NCBI GenBank assembly: GCA_964621065.1
Contig: CAZULG010000003.1
Span: 34,849 to 98,848 of the forward strand
DNA length: 64,000 bases
Reading direction: 5' to 3'
DNA from: an uncultured Methanosarcinales archaeon
Lineage (GTDB): Archaea; Nanobdellota; Nanobdellia; Woesearchaeales; UBA583
A model generated the notes under the pieces. That model saw only the letters and a list, made by a program, of their open reading frames with translations, was not told where the DNA came from and ran no database searches. This document shows positions 10,187 through 20,011 of the stretch, piece by piece (position 1 is the first letter of the stretch; each line of letters opens with the position of its first letter). A program made the position numbers and the translations under genes.

Positions 10187-10705
10187 ATGAGAATTGCAAT
10201 TTCAGGGTCAGTGGGAGTTGGAAAGACAACAATAGCAACACAACTTGCACAAAAACTACAATTTCAATGCATTCATGCAAACGATATTGCGAAACAATTC
10301 AAAATTGAAGAGCAACAAGATCTTCAAACATTTGACTTTGATATCAAACAATGTCTTAATTATATTGAAAAAGAGTACGCTCAATCTCAATATATAATAT
10401 TTGAAGGACATTTTACCCATCTGCTCTCTCCTGATTTTATTGACATCATTATAATCATTAATAGAGACTTACAAGAATTGAGAGAAGAGTATACAAAAAG
10501 ACAATATACTGAGATGAAAATAAAAGATAATTTAGAAGTTGAGAGTTTGAATGTGTGTTTTTATGAGGCTGAAGAAGAAGGTCATGAAGAACATCACTTC
10601 ATTGTCATTGAAAACACACAAGAATTAGACGTTGAAGATATTGTCCTAGAATTGTTTAGAAAAATTCAAAAGAAGAAAAAAAATACTCCAATTAGAGTAA
10701 AGTAA
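10187..10705 (+). CDS. Archaeal adenylate kinase (AK6/Fap7 family)
   Basis: GSVGVGKTT P-loop, EGHFTH and RQY...KIKDNLEVE. Confidence 0.88.
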   Translation: MRIAISGSVGVGKTTIATQLAQKLQFQCIHANDIAKQFKIEEQQDLQTFDFDIKQCLNYIEKEYAQSQYIIFEGHFTHLLSPDFIDIIIIINRDLQELREEYTKRQYTEMKIKDNLEVESLNVCFYEAEEEGHEEHHFIVIENTQELDVEDIVLELFRKIQKKKKNTPIRVK

Positions 10706-10760
10706 ACAAACAAAATAATTTATATAATTTATACATAGAGAAAAATAAACACAACAAAAA

Positions 10761-11432
10761 ATGATTAAAGGAATATTATTTGATTTTGATGGAACAATTG
10801 TTGACTCAGAACACTCACGATATGAGAGTTCAAAACAAGTTCTCAAAGAGTATGGATTTGATTTAACACAACAATTATGGGACACAACGTACAAGTCATT
10901 AAGTTCTCAAGAATTATTTGATGATGTTATTAAACAACTCCTTCTTGAAATTTCAAGTGAAGAATTATATCAAAAAGCTCATACTCAAAGAACTCAAATA
11001 GAGAATGAAAACGGAGTGAGAGTGATTGAAGGATTTAGAGAATTTTATGAAGAGTGTAAAAAGAACAACTTGCAATGTGTTGTATGTTCAGGTGGAACAA
11101 CAGAACATGTTCAAAGAATACTTAAAAGCTGTAATATTGAAATTCAAGGATTTGGGAGAGAAGAGTATGAGAAGAGAAAACCATTTCCCGATGCGTGGCT
11201 TAGAGGTCTTGAATTACTTGGTTTAAACAAAGATGAAGTAATACTCTTTGATGATGCATCATCAGGAATTGAAGCAGGACTCAGAGCTGGAATTAAAAAA
11301 TGCTGCGCAATCAATTATGGGGAAGAGGATTTTAAACATATTGAAAAAATAGAGCAAGAAGTTGGAGTAAAAACATATCAATATTTTAAGAATTGGAAAG
11401 AGGTTGATATACATAAATTAATTAAATGTTAA
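10761..11432 (+). CDS. HAD-family phosphatase (beta-PGM/CbbY-like)
   Basis: FDFDGTIVDS, KPFPD and FDDA..GIEAG. Confidence 0.9.
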   Translation: MIKGILFDFDGTIVDSEHSRYESSKQVLKEYGFDLTQQLWDTTYKSLSSQELFDDVIKQLLLEISSEELYQKAHTQRTQIENENGVRVIEGFREFYEECKKNNLQCVVCSGGTTEHVQRILKSCNIEIQGFGREEYEKRKPFPDAWLRGLELLGLNKDEVILFDDASSGIEAGLRAGIKKCCAINYGEEDFKHIEKIEQEVGVKTYQYFKNWKEVDIHKLIKC

Positions 11433-11447
11433 AAAGATAATTAAGAT

Positions 11448-12185
11448 ATGAGAAGATTAGGAATTGTAGGCTATGGTGATTTTATTCATTTCTTCGTACC
11501 ACATTTGAAGCCATTTTTTGATGAAATTATAGTGTATTCAAGAAGAGATGTATCAATTGATGCTCAAAGAGCAGGAGCTGAGCAAAAGAGTTTTGAAGAA
11601 GTATGTTCATGTGAGTTTGTATGTAATGCAGTAGTTGTTCAATATTTTGAAGAAACAATGCAAAAAATACTACCTTACCTACAACAAGACGCGTGTGTGT
11701 TTGATGTATGTTCAGTTAAAGAAATTCCAATTGAGATTATGAAACAATATGTTCCTAATAATTGTCACATTATAGCAACTCATCCTTTATTTGGTCCAAA
11801 CTCGGGAAAAAATGGAATAAAAGGATTAAATATGGTACTTATAAACGTAAGAGCAAGTGATAAAATACTTAATTTTTTTGATGAAATGTTTTTTGAAATG
11901 AAACTTAGACTTCATTATATCACTGCAAAGAAACATGACGAAGATATGGCTTATGTGCAAGCACTATCTCATTTCATTGCTCAAGGAATTAAAGAATTTG
12001 GGGGTTTAAGACAAAATACGCTTATTACAACTCAAGCGTATGAGAGTTTATTAGACATTGAAGAAAATATATCAAGAGATAGTTGGTTGCTATTTGAGAG
12101 TATTGAGAAATACAACAATTATTCAAAAGATATTCGGGATAAATTTGTCGCATCATTAGAAATTGTTAATAAAAAACTAAGATAA
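11448..12185 (+). CDS. tyrA: Prephenate dehydrogenase
   Basis: GIVGYG, DVCSVK, HPLFGP and HDEDMAYVQALSHF. Confidence 0.9.
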   Translation: MRRLGIVGYGDFIHFFVPHLKPFFDEIIVYSRRDVSIDAQRAGAEQKSFEEVCSCEFVCNAVVVQYFEETMQKILPYLQQDACVFDVCSVKEIPIEIMKQYVPNNCHIIATHPLFGPNSGKNGIKGLNMVLINVRASDKILNFFDEMFFEMKLRLHYITAKKHDEDMAYVQALSHFIAQGIKEFGGLRQNTLITTQAYESLLDIEENISRDSWLLFESIEKYNNYSKDIRDKFVASLEIVNKKLR

Positions 12186-12302
12186 CTTATCATATACATA
12201 GATACCAAAACATAGAGTATAAGTATAGACAATCATTTATAAATATCTTGAGAAAATATTTTCACATAATATTTATAAAGTATTTTTCATTTTTATTATA
12301 TA

Positions 12303-12518
12303 ATGGCAAAAAAAGTAGCAAATTCAGCTGGAAGATTTGGTGTACGATACGGTAATATGCTTCGAAAGAAAGTGAATACTGTTGAATCAACTTCTCGGGC
12401 TAAACATAAATGTCCCTATTGTGGTAAAGAAGGGAAAGTAAGAAGAGTGGCATATGGAATATGGAAGTGTTCATCATGTGAAAAAGTATTTGTCGGTAAA
12501 GCATATAAGCCGTATTAA
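12303..12518 (+). CDS. rpl37ae: 50S ribosomal protein L37Ae (eL43)
   Basis: GRFGVRYG..LRK, CPYC and GIWKCSSC. Confidence 0.98.
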   Translation: MAKKVANSAGRFGVRYGNMLRKKVNTVESTSRAKHKCPYCGKEGKVRRVAYGIWKCSSCEKVFVGKAYKPY

Positions 12519-12548
12519 ATAATAAAATAAATGTGGTAGGTTAAAAAA

Positions 12549-12689
12549 ATGGTAGTATATAAATGTTTCAACTGTAAAAAAGAAATACCCGAGAATATTC
12601 GAGGAAGAAGAGTACGATGTCCATTTTGTGACGCTAAAATATTTGAGAAGATGAAACCCGAGGTTTCTCGAGTAATTAAAGCAAGATGA
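12549..12689 (+). CDS. rpoP: DNA-directed RNA polymerase subunit P (Rpo12)
   Basis: Not in the ORF track: MVVYKCFNCKKEIPENIRGRRVRCPFCDAKIFEKMKPEVSRVIKAR, in the canonical position after rpl37ae. Confidence 0.96.
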   Translation: MVVYKCFNCKKEIPENIRGRRVRCPFCDAKIFEKMKPEVSRVIKAR

Positions 12690-12943
12690 GAGCAACAGCA
12701 ACACTTCAATTTGAAACAACGTATAATGAGGTATTATATGATTTGTTGCAAAGTGAAGATTACAATTTTAAGCCTAAAGAGCTCAATATTGAAATTATAA
12801 AACAACCACACTGTGTTGAAGTTCAAATTAGAGCAAATACTCCACAACTCTTAAAAATAGCAACGACTGCTGTGAGTGATAGTTGTGAAGTAATACGAAA
12901 AACACAAGAACTTGTTGAAGAACAAAAAAATAAAAATGAATGA
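12686..12943 (+). CDS. KEOPS complex subunit Pcc1-like
   Basis: Size, ATGA overlap with rpoP, VQIRANTPQLLK...SD pattern and the conserved rpl37ae-rpoP-pcc1 context. Confidence 0.7.
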   Translation: MRATATLQFETTYNEVLYDLLQSEDYNFKPKELNIEIIKQPHCVEVQIRANTPQLLKIATTAVSDSCEVIRKTQELVEEQKNKNE

Positions 12944-13181
12944 TGAGATTGAATACTTTGTTGAAACGTTAGAATCATTAGTTGATGATTTAAGTTCTAA
13001 ACCTCGAGAAGAGCTCAAAAAAATAATTTTATTTTTAAAAAAGAATGATTTGAAAAGTGATGAATTGATTAAAGTTCAAGAAGATTTAGAACAATTCACA
13101 GCCATGTATAAAATGGACTCATTCACACGAACAGAAGTAATGAATATTATCACAGAAATTGAGATGATCTACAACGGATAA
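12936..13181 (+). CDS. UPF0147-family protein
   Basis: C-terminal MDSFTRTEVMNIITEIE resembles UPF0147 (..RT.IW.IVS.LE). Confidence 0.65.
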   Translation: MNDEIEYFVETLESLVDDLSSKPREELKKIILFLKKNDLKSDELIKVQEDLEQFTAMYKMDSFTRTEVMNIITEIEMIYNG

Positions 13182-13206
13182 TTATTTTTAATTATATATA
13201 GAAATA

Positions 13207-13626
13207 CTATTTTTTTTGTTTTTCATATGCACGTAAGTATGCATCTAATTCAACTGCTATATTAGTATCAGGTTCATCAGAACATTCAATTTTAGTAGGA
13301 CTTCCTAATGAATACATTTCACAATTCCCATCTTCATTAAAAGCACTACACATTGGAAAAGGTAATTCATCTATACTGAAATGATAAGGGAAAATATTTT
13401 CATCTAGAGGTTGAAAAATCCTTCCTTCAAGTCCGGTTATTGGATTTTGGGAGATTCTAGTAACACTTCCAGCAGTACAATAATAAATATCTCCATCAAA
13501 TATTAAACAATGTTCACATTCAGTACATACAGATTTATTCCCAGTAGATGTCTCCTCTATATTATCTATTGGTTGAAGAGGTTTTTGTTTTGGAGTTAAG
13601 TGAAATTTCTTAATGTAACTACTCAT
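13207..13626 (-). CDS. Hypothetical Cys-rich protein
   Basis: CTECEHC...YYC...C..FN.DGNC..Y; upstream TATA-like element. Confidence 0.7.
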   Translation of the reverse strand: MSSYIKKFHLTPKQKPLQPIDNIEETSTGNKSVCTECEHCLIFDGDIYYCTAGSVTRISQNPITGLEGRIFQPLDENIFPYHFSIDELPFPMCSAFNEDGNCEMYSLGSPTKIECSDEPDTNIAVELDAYLRAYEKQKK

Positions 13627-13657
13627 TAATAATACAAATTTATATAGTTATTTAAAT

Positions 13658-14572
13658 TTATTCCAACACATCTATTTTACTAATCTCATTTTGTGAATAA
13701 TAATCTTTTCCTTGAAATATGTTTGATGAATATTTTGAGTTCAGCGTATTTCCTTTTTCAATTTGTTCAAAATGATGCAGAAATGAGAGTACTCCTGTTT
13801 GCGTTCCTTTTTTTCCAATACCTGAGATGAGCAGTACTTCTCGTTTAGAATTATATGGATTTTTAAACTTTGAAACTACACCAATATTGGTATCATTATA
13901 CTCTGTGTTTGAAATATTTGAAAATATTGTTTTGTGTTTTGTCATCATAATTGGAGATTTTTTATTTAATTTCTCAGTAATTGAGTTAACAATAAATCCT
14001 CCAATTGAGATAATATTATTCTCTTCCAGTTCTTGCTTTGTAATTTGTGTATCAAGTTTGACTTGTAAATTATCAAGTGATGAGAGATAACTTCCTAAAA
14101 ATAAACAAAAACTCATTCCAAAATACCCATCTTTTGCCATTGCATTATCAGGTCCATGCGGCTCAGGACTCCCAACAACGATAATTGCGTTTAATTTCCC
14201 ATCAACAATAAAATTATCAAAATAGGGTGAGACTTTCTCCTTATCAACTCGACCTTTTTCAAATTCATCAAATTGAACAAAAAATGAAGGAGAAGATAAT
14301 TTATAATATTGAGCAGACGTTCCATTAATATTTTCAGTTCTGTGAAGAACTATAATATTATATTGTTCTAATTTTTTAATATAATAATAAATATTTTGCT
14401 CATGAATTTTCAACTCTTTTGCAATTTGTTTAGGATATTTTTCAGTATGTTTAATTGATTTCAATATCTTTTGAACTACTTCATTTTTCAATAATGCAAT
14501 TTGTTGTGGCTTGAGTTGCTTCGTTTGCAACGAATAATTCTCTCCTGTACTTCCTCGTTTAACTATCTTCAT
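13658..14572 (-). CDS. ArsR-type wHTH regulator with C-terminal S-layer-like domain, divergent from glmS
   Basis: YPKQIAKELKIHEQNIYYYIKKLE wHTH, then IVVGSPEPHG and NIISIGG..VNSIT. Confidence 0.8.
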   Translation of the reverse strand: MKIVKRGSTGENYSLQTKQLKPQQIALLKNEVVQKILKSIKHTEKYPKQIAKELKIHEQNIYYYIKKLEQYNIIVLHRTENINGTSAQYYKLSSPSFFVQFDEFEKGRVDKEKVSPYFDNFIVDGKLNAIIVVGSPEPHGPDNAMAKDGYFGMSFCLFLGSYLSSLDNLQVKLDTQITKQELEENNIISIGGFIVNSITEKLNKKSPIMMTKHKTIFSNISNTEYNDTNIGVVSKFKNPYNSKREVLLISGIGKKGTQTGVLSFLHHFEQIEKGNTLNSKYSSNIFQGKDYYSQNEISKIDVLE

Positions 14573-14755
14573 ATCATCTTATAATAATCACAAGATTATA
14601 AATATATCTATTATTAATTTTCTTTTAGTACTTATATAATATTTTTAAAGGCACTTATAAAGAATAACATCTCTATAATTCAATAGCATGAAACGAATCA
14701 ATATTACATATCAAAAACAAAATAAAAATACAATTAAAAAAGGAGAGTTGAGAAA

Positions 14756-16636
14756 ATGTGCGGAATAATTGCACGTTTTGGAGAATTAAAAACTCCTCTA
14801 GACTCATTAAAGCAATTACAATTATTAGAATATCGAGGATACGATTCATATGGGTTTTGCTCATTCACACCAAATGAGATTATTTGTGAAAAAGATAAAG
14901 GTGTTATTGATATATCTTCATATCAATATTTAGAACACACACAATCTTATTGTGAACTTGGACATACTCGCTGGGCAACTCATGGAAGAGTGTTGAGAGA
15001 AAATGCTCATCCTCATTCTTGCTCAAATAATGAGTTTTACGTTGTGATGAATGGAATTATTGAAAATGCTGATGAAATCAAAGCAGTATATTTACAAGAT
15101 TATTTATTTACGTCTCAAACTGACACAGAAATAATTGTTGCTCTATCTCAACACTTCAAATCAAAAAATAGTACTTCAAATATTACACTTTTAGAGATTT
15201 CACGCAATATTAACAAATTATTGAGAGGAGAGTTTTCATATGTTTTAGCTCGAAGAAATGAATGTGTTGCGTATAAATATGTAAATCCACTTCTCATTGG
15301 AATAAATGAATATCATGAATGTGTTCTTTGTTCAGATTATGCAATTATTCAAAAATGTTGCTCAAAATACTACTCAATGGAAGATGATGAGTACTGGTAT
15401 TTGACTCGAGAAAATAATCAATTTTTTATACAATCATCTCAAAATATTACAAAATTAATCATTGATGAATTCCATACTTCATCTTTTAGTAATTTATTTG
15501 TTGAATGTCAAAGAGAATATGGAGATGAAGAATATGTACAAAATACTTCAAACTCAAATATAGGCTCACACTCAAATTCTTCAAATATTAATAAAAAATT
15601 CACATATGACATGGAAAAAGAAATATATGAACAAATTCAGTTTTCAAATCTCATAACTCAAGACAATATAGCATCAATGCACCAATTTATTGAATATGCC
15701 CAAAAACAAGATCAAGTATTTTTCCTAGCAGCAGGTTCTTCTTACTACTCAGCGCTATATATGCACTCAATTTTACTCAAACACAATATTTTATCACATG
15801 TGCTCGTTGCTAGTGAGAGTGAGAATTATGTTAATTCAATGACAAATGCTTTAATTATTACAATTTCACAATCAGGAGAAACTGGTGATTGTATCACACC
15901 TCTTAAAAATATTCTTCGAGATAAAACAAATACACTCATAACAATTACAAACACACCTCATTCAACTCTTGATAGACTCGCACAACATTCAATTTATTTG
16001 CATTGTGGAGTCGAAAAAGCAGTTGCATCAACAAAAGCATTTATGCATCAAATTGGAGTAAGTTTCATCATTGATATGATGCTCAGAGAAAATAAACAAA
16101 CAATAACTGCTCAAAGTACTTCAAATAACAATAACATTGAGCAATATAAAAAAATATTTAAAGAAATTGGAGAGTATATTTCGCTTTATTTGTCTATGAA
16201 TACAGAGTTAATTTATTATGATGCTCTGCAAATAATAGATCATAACAATATATTTTTTATTGGAAAATCTGAGTTTTTCTCACTTGCACTTGAAGGTGCT
16301 TTAAAACTTAAAGAAATTAGTTATCAAAACGCAAGTGGATTTGCAGGAGGAGAATTAAAACATGGAAGTTTAGCACTTATTGAAGAACACACTCCTATAA
16401 TTATGCTTGGGGAATCATCACATACAAACGCAATTGAGTGTCAAACTCGAGGAGCAAAACTATTCACACCATATAGTATTGAGATTTTTTCTGCAAAAAA
16501 TGAACTCTTCCAAGAATATATAGAATTAATTGATGCAATATTATATGTTCAACTCCTTGCATTTCACAGCGCAGTATTGAGGGGAAATAATCCCGATAGA
16601 CCACGAAATTTAGCAAAAAGTGTAACAGTGAAGTAA
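14756..16636 (+). CDS. glmS: Glutamine--fructose-6-phosphate transaminase
   Basis: MCGI, LEYRGYDS, GHTRWATHG, SQSGET, AVASTKAF, EGALKLKEISY, GELKHG and PRNLAKSVTV. Confidence 0.98.
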   Translation: MCGIIARFGELKTPLDSLKQLQLLEYRGYDSYGFCSFTPNEIICEKDKGVIDISSYQYLEHTQSYCELGHTRWATHGRVLRENAHPHSCSNNEFYVVMNGIIENADEIKAVYLQDYLFTSQTDTEIIVALSQHFKSKNSTSNITLLEISRNINKLLRGEFSYVLARRNECVAYKYVNPLLIGINEYHECVLCSDYAIIQKCCSKYYSMEDDEYWYLTRENNQFFIQSSQNITKLIIDEFHTSSFSNLFVECQREYGDEEYVQNTSNSNIGSHSNSSNINKKFTYDMEKEIYEQIQFSNLITQDNIASMHQFIEYAQKQDQVFFLAAGSSYYSALYMHSILLKHNILSHVLVASESENYVNSMTNALIITISQSGETGDCITPLKNILRDKTNTLITITNTPHSTLDRLAQHSIYLHCGVEKAVASTKAFMHQIGVSFIIDMMLRENKQTITAQSTSNNNNIEQYKKIFKEIGEYISLYLSMNTELIYYDALQIIDHNNIFFIGKSEFFSLALEGALKLKEISYQNASGFAGGELKHGSLALIEEHTPIIMLGESSHTNAIECQTRGAKLFTPYSIEIFSAKNELFQEYIELIDAILYVQLLAFHSAVLRGNNPDRPRNLAKSVTVK

Positions 16637-16680
16637 AATCACAACATTTATAATTTTCAACAATTTATAATGAATTAATT

Positions 16681-16782
16681 ATGGATTTGACAATGTCAAT
16701 AATTATTGCAACATTTACAGGAATTATTGGAGCAGTAGGTGTGTTTTTCAGTTATTATTATTTTGAGATTAAGAAAAAATAA
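16681..16782 (+). CDS. Small single-TM protein (33 aa)
   Basis: Not in the ORF track: MDLTMSIIIATFTGIIGAVGVFFSYYYFEIKKK, one TM segment plus a basic tail, with TATA-like elements upstream. Confidence 0.55.
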   Translation: MDLTMSIIIATFTGIIGAVGVFFSYYYFEIKKK

Positions 16783-16862
16783 ACATGCGTTTATTAAAAA
16801 GTATCTCTGTATCTTCTCCTTAAGTGACAAAGATTTAAAACAAAAAAATGAGAAAATAGAGT

Positions 16863-18761
16863 ATGTCAGAGGATTATGGAGCAAAAAATATTAAAGTTTT
16901 AGAAGGTCTTGAAGCGGTGAGAAAACGACCTGGTATGTATATTGGAGGAACGGGAATCGCTGGGCTTCATCATTTAGTAAAAGAATTAGTTGATAATGCA
17001 ATGGATGAAGCACTTGCAGGGCATTGTGATAAAATTGATATTGTAATTCACGAAGATAATTCTGTAACTGTTGGGGATAATGGGCGTGGAGTTCCTGTTG
17101 ATATGCACTCTAAGGGAAAAACAGCTGCTGAAGTTATTTTTACAGTTCTGCACGCAGGTGGAAAGTTTGATAAAGGTTCATATAAAGTTTCAGGAGGATT
17201 ACACGGCGTTGGTTCAAGTGTTGTAAATGCGTTATCAAAATGGATGAAAGTTGAAATTTATAAAAATGGAAAGGAATATTTACTTGAATTCGAAGCCCAA
17301 AAAGCAAAAAAAGGGTTAGAAGAAATTGGAACAACTCGTCAAAGTGGAACTCGTGTGACATTTATGCCTGATGATTCAATCTTCCCTTCAATTGAATTTG
17401 ATTACAAAACAATGCGAAAAAAGTATAGAGAATTCGCGTTTTTAAATCCAAATGTGACCATTACATTTACAGATAAAAGACCTGAAGAGACAATTGAAGA
17501 AGTATTTCATTTTGAAGGAGGAATTGCTGAATATGTTGATGAAATTACTCAAAATTCAAAAAAAATTATTAAAGATACAATTTCAGTGAGTGGTGAGCGA
17601 GATGATGTAGAAGTTGATATTGCTCTAACATATACAAACTCATTTAACGAAACCATTGAAGGATTTGTCAACAATGTAACAACACCAGGAGGTGGAACGC
17701 ATTTGAGTGGATTTCGACTTGCAATTACAAAGGCGATTAAAGATTATTTAAATGTAAATGGAAAGGCTGCGGATAAAAAAGTAAATTTAACAGGAGAAGA
17801 TATTCGTGAAGGAATTTGTGCAATTGTCTCAGTTCGGGTCCCCGAGCCTCAATTTGAGGGACAAACAAAAGATAAACTTGGAAATCCTGAAGTTCAAGGA
17901 ATTGTACAAAACGTATTTTTTGAAAAATTATATTCTTATTTAGATGAAAATCCAAAGTCAGCCCAAGCAATTATTGAAAAATCTCTAAACGCAAACAAAG
18001 CAAGAGAAGCTGCAAAAAAAGCAAGAGATCTTGTTCGAAGAAAATCAGCACTTGACTTCTCCTCAATGCCTGGAAAACTTGCAGATTGTTCAAATAGAGA
18101 TCCTTCAACAACAGAATTATTTATTGTAGAAGGAGACTCAGCAGGTGGTTCAGCAAAACAAGGACGAGATCGAGCAACACAAGCAATTCTACCACTTCGT
18201 GGAAAGCCACTTAATGTTGAAAAAGCAAGACTTGCAAAAATGCTTGAAAATGAAGAGATTAAAACATTTATTACAGCATTGGGAATGGGATTTGGAGAGC
18301 AAGTTGATTATGAAAAACTTAGGTATCATAAAATCATTATTATGGCGGATGCTGATGTTGATGGATCACACATTGCAACACTTATTTTAACACTCCTCTT
18401 TAGACATTTTAGAGAATTAATATTAAAAGGTCACGTGTACATTGCAATGCCTCCGTTGTATGGAATTAAAAAAGGTCAAAAGAAAATCTGGTTGCAAAAC
18501 GAAGATGAGCTAACTCAATATAGAAAAGAACATCCAAATGAGAAGTTTGAAATTCAACGATATAAAGGTTTAGGTGAAATGAATCCTGATCAGTTATGGG
18601 AAACCACTCTTGCACCTGAGAGTAGACACTTAAAGCGTGTGACAATTGATGATGTAATTGAAGCAGATGAGATTTTCACGATGCTTATGGGAGATAAAGT
18701 AGAGCCTCGAAAAGATTTTATAATTGAAAATTCTAAATTTGTAGATGAGCTGGACATCTAA
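16863..18761 (+). CDS. gyrB: DNA gyrase subunit B (type IIA topoisomerase B subunit)
   Basis: LEAVRKRPGMYIG, GGLHGVG, VEGDSAGGSAKQGRD, PLRGK, DADVDG and RYKGLGEM. Confidence 0.96.
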   Translation: MSEDYGAKNIKVLEGLEAVRKRPGMYIGGTGIAGLHHLVKELVDNAMDEALAGHCDKIDIVIHEDNSVTVGDNGRGVPVDMHSKGKTAAEVIFTVLHAGGKFDKGSYKVSGGLHGVGSSVVNALSKWMKVEIYKNGKEYLLEFEAQKAKKGLEEIGTTRQSGTRVTFMPDDSIFPSIEFDYKTMRKKYREFAFLNPNVTITFTDKRPEETIEEVFHFEGGIAEYVDEITQNSKKIIKDTISVSGERDDVEVDIALTYTNSFNETIEGFVNNVTTPGGGTHLSGFRLAITKAIKDYLNVNGKAADKKVNLTGEDIREGICAIVSVRVPEPQFEGQTKDKLGNPEVQGIVQNVFFEKLYSYLDENPKSAQAIIEKSLNANKAREAAKKARDLVRRKSALDFSSMPGKLADCSNRDPSTTELFIVEGDSAGGSAKQGRDRATQAILPLRGKPLNVEKARLAKMLENEEIKTFITALGMGFGEQVDYEKLRYHKIIIMADADVDGSHIATLILTLLFRHFRELILKGHVYIAMPPLYGIKKGQKKIWLQNEDELTQYRKEHPNEKFEIQRYKGLGEMNPDQLWETTLAPESRHLKRVTIDDVIEADEIFTMLMGDKVEPRKDFIIENSKFVDELDI

Positions 18762-18768
18762 TTGTTCT

Positions 18769-18788
18769 AAGTTTTCTCGCGAAAACTT
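18769..18788. terminator. Perfect hairpin between convergent genes
   Basis: AAGTTTTC-TCGC-GAAAACTT directly after the gyrB stop. Confidence 0.55.
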
Positions 18789-18812
18789 GAATTATTAAAC
18801 AAAATAATAATT

Positions 18813-19238
18813 TTAGTGTAACAGTCTATATTTATCTTTAATTCCTTCACTTAAACTTTGATATGCTTCGTGAAACGCTTCAAGTATTGCAGGAGCTTTT
18901 TCTATTGCAGGTTCATATAAATCAGGCATGTGTGAATATGCAATACTTAATGTATTAGCAAAATCTCTTGGAGTTAAATTCGTTTTTCTTAAACTCTCAG
19001 GAAATATACCTCCCCAAAAATATGCAGAATCTCTCATTTCAGAAGGTCCTACAACATCTTGCATATAATCAGCAAAAGGGCTTTTAGTTGGTTGAGATGG
19101 AAGAAAGTGCATATCAACAAAATCAGCGCTTACTCTACTTCTGACTAATTCATGTTCAATTCCTACATATCTCAAAAATGCACCTATTCTATCAAATGCA
19201 ACTCCTTTAAATTCTACGGTAAATTTAAGTTGTACCAT
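18813..19238 (-). CDS. Hypothetical protein
   Basis: 141-aa ORF with upstream TATA; no motif recognised. Confidence 0.7.
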   Translation of the reverse strand: MVQLKFTVEFKGVAFDRIGAFLRYVGIEHELVRSRVSADFVDMHFLPSQPTKSPFADYMQDVVGPSEMRDSAYFWGGIFPESLRKTNLTPRDFANTLSIAYSHMPDLYEPAIEKAPAILEAFHEAYQSLSEGIKDKYRLLH

Positions 19239-19282
19239 TTTATTTTTAGATGTTTTTCATTTAAAAATATTTCTCCTCAAAC

Positions 19283-19330
19283 ATATAGTGTGTAGATGGG
19301 ACATATATTTCACCTATTTACACACTATAT
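19283..19330 (+). other. 18-bp intergenic hairpin (12 perfect bp plus 6 bp including G-U pairs)
   Basis: ATATAGTGTGTA-GATGGG...CCTATT-TACACACTATAT. Confidence 0.65.
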
Positions 19331-19402
19331 TCTATTATACACTTATTTTATTATGAATTTTTAAAAATAATATTTAATAATAGAACTAAATATTAATGAA
19401 TA

Positions 19403-19927
19403 TTACAAATCAAATTGAGAGACCTTATTTCTCTCTAAATAACTATAAAAACTTTTGTGACTGGCTCCTTTAATAAGCATTTGAAGTGCTTCATGAACAA
19501 GTTGCACATTTTCAAATTTACCAATAACTCCAACAAAGTTATCTTTTACAGTGACATGGCAATTTGTGATTTCTTCAATGAGTTGTCTCGTTCGCCCATC
19601 TTGTCCAATAATTCTACCCATCACAACTTTGAGTCGATGTTGATCACGAACTTGACCTTTTACATCAATAACGTCTAATACATTATATTCATCTTCTAGT
19701 ATTATTGCATGCTCTGGTGAAAATCCATAATTAATTGCTTGAAGAACAAGTGAGAGCACATAACGCTTTGCAGAGTCATCTCCACTTATAATAATCTCTC
19801 CACTTTTAGAATCTATCTCCATTGTTACTTCAAATTGATCTTGAAGTTTCTCTTTTACAGAACCATTTTGTCCTATAATTACAGGGAGTCTATTTAAATC
19901 AATAAATACGCGCTCTTCATTAAACAT
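19403..19927 (-). CDS. KH-domain rRNA-processing protein (Dim2/Pno1/Krr1 family)
   Basis: IIGQNG and RIIGQDGRTR KH motifs, AINYGFSPEHA and LIKGASH..FY.YLE. Confidence 0.93.
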   Translation of the reverse strand: MFNEERVFIDLNRLPVIIGQNGSVKEKLQDQFEVTMEIDSKSGEIIISGDDSAKRYVLSLVLQAINYGFSPEHAIILEDEYNVLDVIDVKGQVRDQHRLKVVMGRIIGQDGRTRQLIEEITNCHVTVKDNFVGVIGKFENVQLVHEALQMLIKGASHKSFYSYLERNKVSQFDL

Positions 19928-20011
19928 ATATTTTAATTAATAAGAATTGATTTAAAAAGATGATGAAATAAATAAATAATTCAATAGTTGAGAAAGTTAT
20001 TTAAAATTTAT

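Noticed and set aside
12474..12719. Minus-strand ORFs 12474-12719 and 12515-12709 (MKCCCC...)
   Set aside because: Antisense to rpoP and pcc1; the Cys run is the reverse complement of GCA/ACA codons.
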